Source: Eledone cirrhosa | Taxonomy: Eukaryota | DNA: 64,000 bases | Assembly: GCA_964016885.1 (NCBI GenBank) | Contig: CAXHJY010001237.1 | Span: forward strand, 1 to 64,000 | Direction: 5' to 3' | Shown here: in pieces, positions 63,315 through 64,000 of the stretch | How the letters are laid out: each line of letters starts with the position of its first letter | How positions within the stretch are numbered: the first letter of the stretch is position 1 | Position numbers and translations under genes: made by a program | The notes under the pieces: generated by a model | The model's input: only the letters and a program-made list of their open reading frames with translations | What the model was told of the DNA's origin: nothing | Databases searched by the model: none

Positions 63315-63734
63315 TGTGTATATATATATATATATATATAATATAATAATAATAGTAATAATAATAAATTTGAAGACTAAAATCCAAAGGGTGAAAGCAG
63401 CGATTCTTTGCTTAAACTTTAATCTGTTATTTTAATAAATATATATTATATATATATATATATATATAATATATATATACACACATGTATACATATGTAT
63501 ACATGTATTTAGAGTTTATTTTATTTGTATTAGGTACTCATCATCATCATGTTGATATATAACATTACCGCCTTCATTCCCCATACAGCTATCCCAGCAC
63601 CCCCTGGCTTCATGTAACATTCCCTACTCCCCTCATTCCACACAGCTATCCCAGCAGCCCTCTGGCTTCATCTAATAAGGTGCTAGTTGTCAATACAGGC
63701 TTTTATATTGATTTTGCTTCATCTCATGTCTTTC

Positions 63735-64000
63735 TCTTTCTTATTTTGTTTCTCTCTCTCACTTTGATTCTCTTTTTCTGTTTCTTTTTCTCATTTTGTT
63801 TCTTTCTCTCTCTCTCTCTCACTTTGTTTCTTTCTCTCTCTCTCTCTCTCTCACTTTGTTTCTTTCTCTCTCTCTCTCTCTCTCACTTTGTTTCTTTCTC
63901 TCTCTCTCTCTCACTTTGTTTCTTTCTCTCTCTCTCTCTCTCTCTCACTTTGTTTCTCTCTCTCTCTCTCACTTTGTTTCTCTCTCTCTCTCTCACTTTG
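63735..64000. repeat. cactttgtttct-(tc)n minisatellite
   Basis: Direct reading. Confidence 0.9.

Overview
AT-rich eukaryotic non-coding DNA. The repeat repertoire (tRNA-derived SINEs, RTE-type LINE ends with (GAT)n tails, TTAA-flanked MITEs, very long TA/TATG microsatellites) looks like an octopus/coleoid cephalopod genome; this is an inference, not a database result. Positions 1-16.85 kb are an almost strictly alternating purine-pyrimidine (TA/TG) mega-microsatellite, and the long Y/I/M/C/V/H/T ORFs over it are artefacts. Two about 98.5%-identical copies of a 0.5-0.6 kb element sit inside it. The element appears to join an RTE-like 5' region (with a degenerate HDV-like ribozyme fold in the longer copy) to a LINE C-terminal C2H2 zinc finger, a stop codon and a 3' stem-loop, consistent with a bipartite non-autonomous retroelement living in microsatellite DNA. 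The remaining 47 kb looks like a long intron or intergenic region filled with SINEs, piggyBac-like and Tc1/pogo-like MITEs, minisatellites and RTE fragments. The only substantial protein-coding sequence is a 5'-truncated RTE ORF2 (37728-38915, minus strand) with a C4HC3 PHD finger inserted in the RT domain. Other points: a minimal Penelope-type hammerhead ribozyme (59950-59985, minus), several long hairpins and palindromes, repeated association of RTE ends with microsatellites, a CpG-retaining segment that may be a gene 5' end, and weak host-exon candidates. No complete host gene can be supported.
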